A DNA stretch of 40,902 nt. Source: an uncultured Verrucomicrobiota bacterium (GTDB lineage Bacteria; Auribacterota; JABMQX01; JAFGEW01). The stretch is taken from assembly GCA_964550015.1 (NCBI GenBank), contig CAZJXV010000003.1:1-40902 (forward strand), written 5' to 3'. Below, piece by piece: positions 39,302 through 40,902 of this stretch (positions are counted from its first letter, which is position 1; the number at the start of each line of letters is the position of its first letter). The notes under the pieces were generated by a model, which was not told the DNA's origin, did not search any database, and worked only from the letters and a program-made list of their open reading frames with translations. Both the position numbers and the translations under genes were made by a program.

Positions 39302-40902
39302 CTACTGGGACCAGTTCGATATTACCTCCGTGAGATCGAGGCCATCCACGATGCCGTTTCCGTCGAGATCGGCGGCCGGGTTCCAGAGCGGGTCGCCGGG
39401 CGTGGTCTGCCACGCCGTGATGACAGCGGTCAGGTCAAGGCCGTCCACGACGCCGTTGCCGTCCACGTCGCCGAAGATGGCGGGCGGCGCGTGGTAGCCC
39501 ATGTCCACGACACCCGAGTCCACCACGCCATCGGTGCGCGTGGTGAGGGTGTCGAGGCCGAGATTGGCCGCGGTGTCACTACCCGCGTTGACGCATGGGC
39601 TCTCGGCGCCTTGCCCGGCGGCTATTTGGCTCAGGTAGTAGCCGTGCCGCGGGCCGGTGGTAAAGAGCGGGTCAAGGTCAATGCACGTGCCGTCGAGGTC
39701 GAGCGTGCAGCCGGCCTCGACGTATGCCTCGCCGGCGCCGCCCTCGACGTCGGAGTGCCTGACGGTGAGCGTTGATGGACTGGTGGTGGAGGCCACGGCG
39801 AGCTCGTGGCCGTTGGTGGCCGCATTTTCCCACGAGAGGCAGTTGGTCAGGGACAGCGTGCTGGCGACGCAGTAGAGGGCGCCGCCGGAGGTGGCCGAGT
39901 TGCCCGTGATCGTGCAATTGGAGACTGTCAGGCTGCTGCCGTCAGCGTACATCCCGCCGCCGCTGGCCGCGGAGTTGTTGATGATGAGGCAGTTGGTGAT
40001 CGCCGGGCCGCTGGTAACGCTGTAGATGCCTCCGCCGCTGCCGATGGCCGAGTTGCCGTTGATGACGCAGTTGATGATCGTGGGGTCACTCGAGCAGTAG
40101 ATGCCACCGCCGTCAGTTTCGCTCCCGCCGGTGATCGTAAACCCGTCAACGACGGAGTCGGCACCCTCTCCGGACTGGAAGATGAAGCCGCGACCGGAGC
40201 CTTCACAGTCGATGATGGTTGCTGTCGGGCCGTGATCAGACTGGAGCGTGATGGTCTTGCCGCCGAAGTCGATATCCTTGTTGCCAAGGCCCGTGTAGAT
40301 GCCTTGCGCGACGTTGATGATGTCGGCGGCGCCCACGGCAGCATCAATCGCCTTCTGTATGGCGTCATATGGATGCTCCTGCGAACCGTCCTCGAGCGGA
40401 TCACTTACAGTCGGGTCCCCCGGCCCTGGATCGTTGGGGGCGTCGTCATCGACGTACATGGTCGTGCCGAAGTTGGCCTCGACGGCGTAGTCGGCGTCCA
40501 TCGTGATCGAGGTGCTGGCTTCGGTGGGCGCCGCCACCTTGCCGGCGTCCACGCCGGTGCCTGTCCACTCGACGAACCGGTAGCCGGGATCGGCCTCGGC
40601 GACGATCGGTGCCAGGGTGCCGTCGTCATAGTCGTAGTCGCCTTCGCCCGGATCGGTCACTGAACCGCCGAACGTCGACGTGGTGGTCAACGTGTAGACG
40701 GCGATGAAGTTGGCGTGGACGGCGTAGTCGGCATCCATCGTGATCGAGGTGCTGGCTTCGGTGGGTGCCGTCACCTTGCCGGCGTCCACGCCGGTGCCCG
40801 TCCACTCGACGAACCGGTAGCCGGGATCGGCCTCGGCGACGATCGGCGCCAGGGTGCCGTCGTCATAGTCGTAGTCGCCTTCGCCCGGATCGGTCACTGA
40901 AC
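39302..40902 (-). CDS. Secreted beta-helix protein with InlB-B-repeat-like tandem domains and C-terminal dockerin-like cassette (5' end outside the window)
   Basis: The frame is open to the window edge. Two 79-aa repeats (TDPGEGDYDYDDGTLAPIVAEADPGYRFVEWTGTGVDAGKV.APTEASTSITMDADYAV.ANF) come first. They are followed by the head YVDDDAPNDPGPGDPTVSDPLEDG, beta-helix turns (NCVINGNSAIGSGGGIY) and a tail (YYLSQIAAGQGAESPCVNAGSDTA). The dockerin is at 39305-39472 and the stop is TAG. Confidence 0.85.
   Translation of the reverse strand, partial: SVTDPGEGDYDYDDGTLAPIVAEADPGYRFVEWTGTGVDAGKVTAPTEASTSITMDADYAVHANFIAVYTLTTTSTFGGSVTDPGEGDYDYDDGTLAPIVAEADPGYRFVEWTGTGVDAGKVAAPTEASTSITMDADYAVEANFGTTMYVDDDAPNDPGPGDPTVSDPLEDGSQEHPYDAIQKAIDAAVGAADIINVAQGIYTGLGNKDIDFGGKTITLQSDHGPTATIIDCEGSGRGFIFQSGEGADSVVDGFTITGGSETDGGGIYCSSDPTIINCVINGNSAIGSGGGIYSVTSGPAITNCLIINNSAASGGGMYADGSSLTVSNCTITGNSATSGGALYCVASTLSLTNCLSWENAATNGHELAVASTTSPSTLTVRHSDVEGGAGEAYVEAGCTLDLDGTCIDLDPLFTTGPRHGYYLSQIAAGQGAESPCVNAGSDTAANLGLDTLTTRTDGVVDSGVVDMGYHAPPAIFGDVDGNGVVDGLDLTAVITAWQTTPGDPLWNPAADLDGNGIVDGLDLTEVISNWSQ
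40469..40902. repeat. Intragenic tandem repeat, period 237 bp, about 2 copies (continues off-window)
   Basis: 40469-40665 and 40706-40902 align with only a handful of mismatches over 197 bp. Confidence 0.85.

Overview
High-GC (about 60-65% by eye) bacterial window. Almost all genes are on the + strand and are tightly packed, often with ATGA/GTGA start-stop overlaps. Many long antisense or alternate-frame ORFs in the track are GC artefacts. The gene content loosely resembles Planctomycetota/PVC-type genomes: BatA-DUF58-VWA operon and giant secreted beta-helix/TSP3/dockerin proteins. That placement is a guess I cannot verify here. Layout: (1) 1-7272, a translationally coupled envelope operon with two paralogous polytopic membrane proteins, DUF58, a BatA-like protein and a double-VWA protein. 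(2) 7713-15214, two tandem giant secreted proteins built from 3 and 2 parallel beta-helix modules joined by TSP3-type calcium-binding linkers, each ending in a dockerin-like cassette. (3) 15677-21659, an RND efflux operon (adaptor, pump, TolC-like). (4) 21744-33660, an 11.5 kb segment bracketed by 208-bp direct repeats that each carry a truncated tRNA-Arg(ACG)-like 3' half and a terminator-like hairpin. Inside is one + strand operon: MarR, an MttB-family methyltransferase, a SAM methyltransferase, a betaine/choline-type ABC importer, two asparagine-synthetase homologues (one lacking the Cys nucleophile) and a second MttB-family gene. (5) 34551-40902, secreted proteins: Fn3+NHL propeller, a C25/gingipain-like peptidase with dockerin, and a convergent beta-helix/dockerin protein with tandem 237-bp repeats. 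The most interesting signal is in the second MttB gene. It has a single in-frame TAG (32545-32547) immediately before a conserved GAPE motif, so it is either a pyrrolysine-type amber codon or a very recent nonsense mutation. The C25 peptidase is likewise separated from its signal peptide by one in-frame TAA. No CRISPR array, rRNA, intact tRNA, transposase or integrase was recognised.
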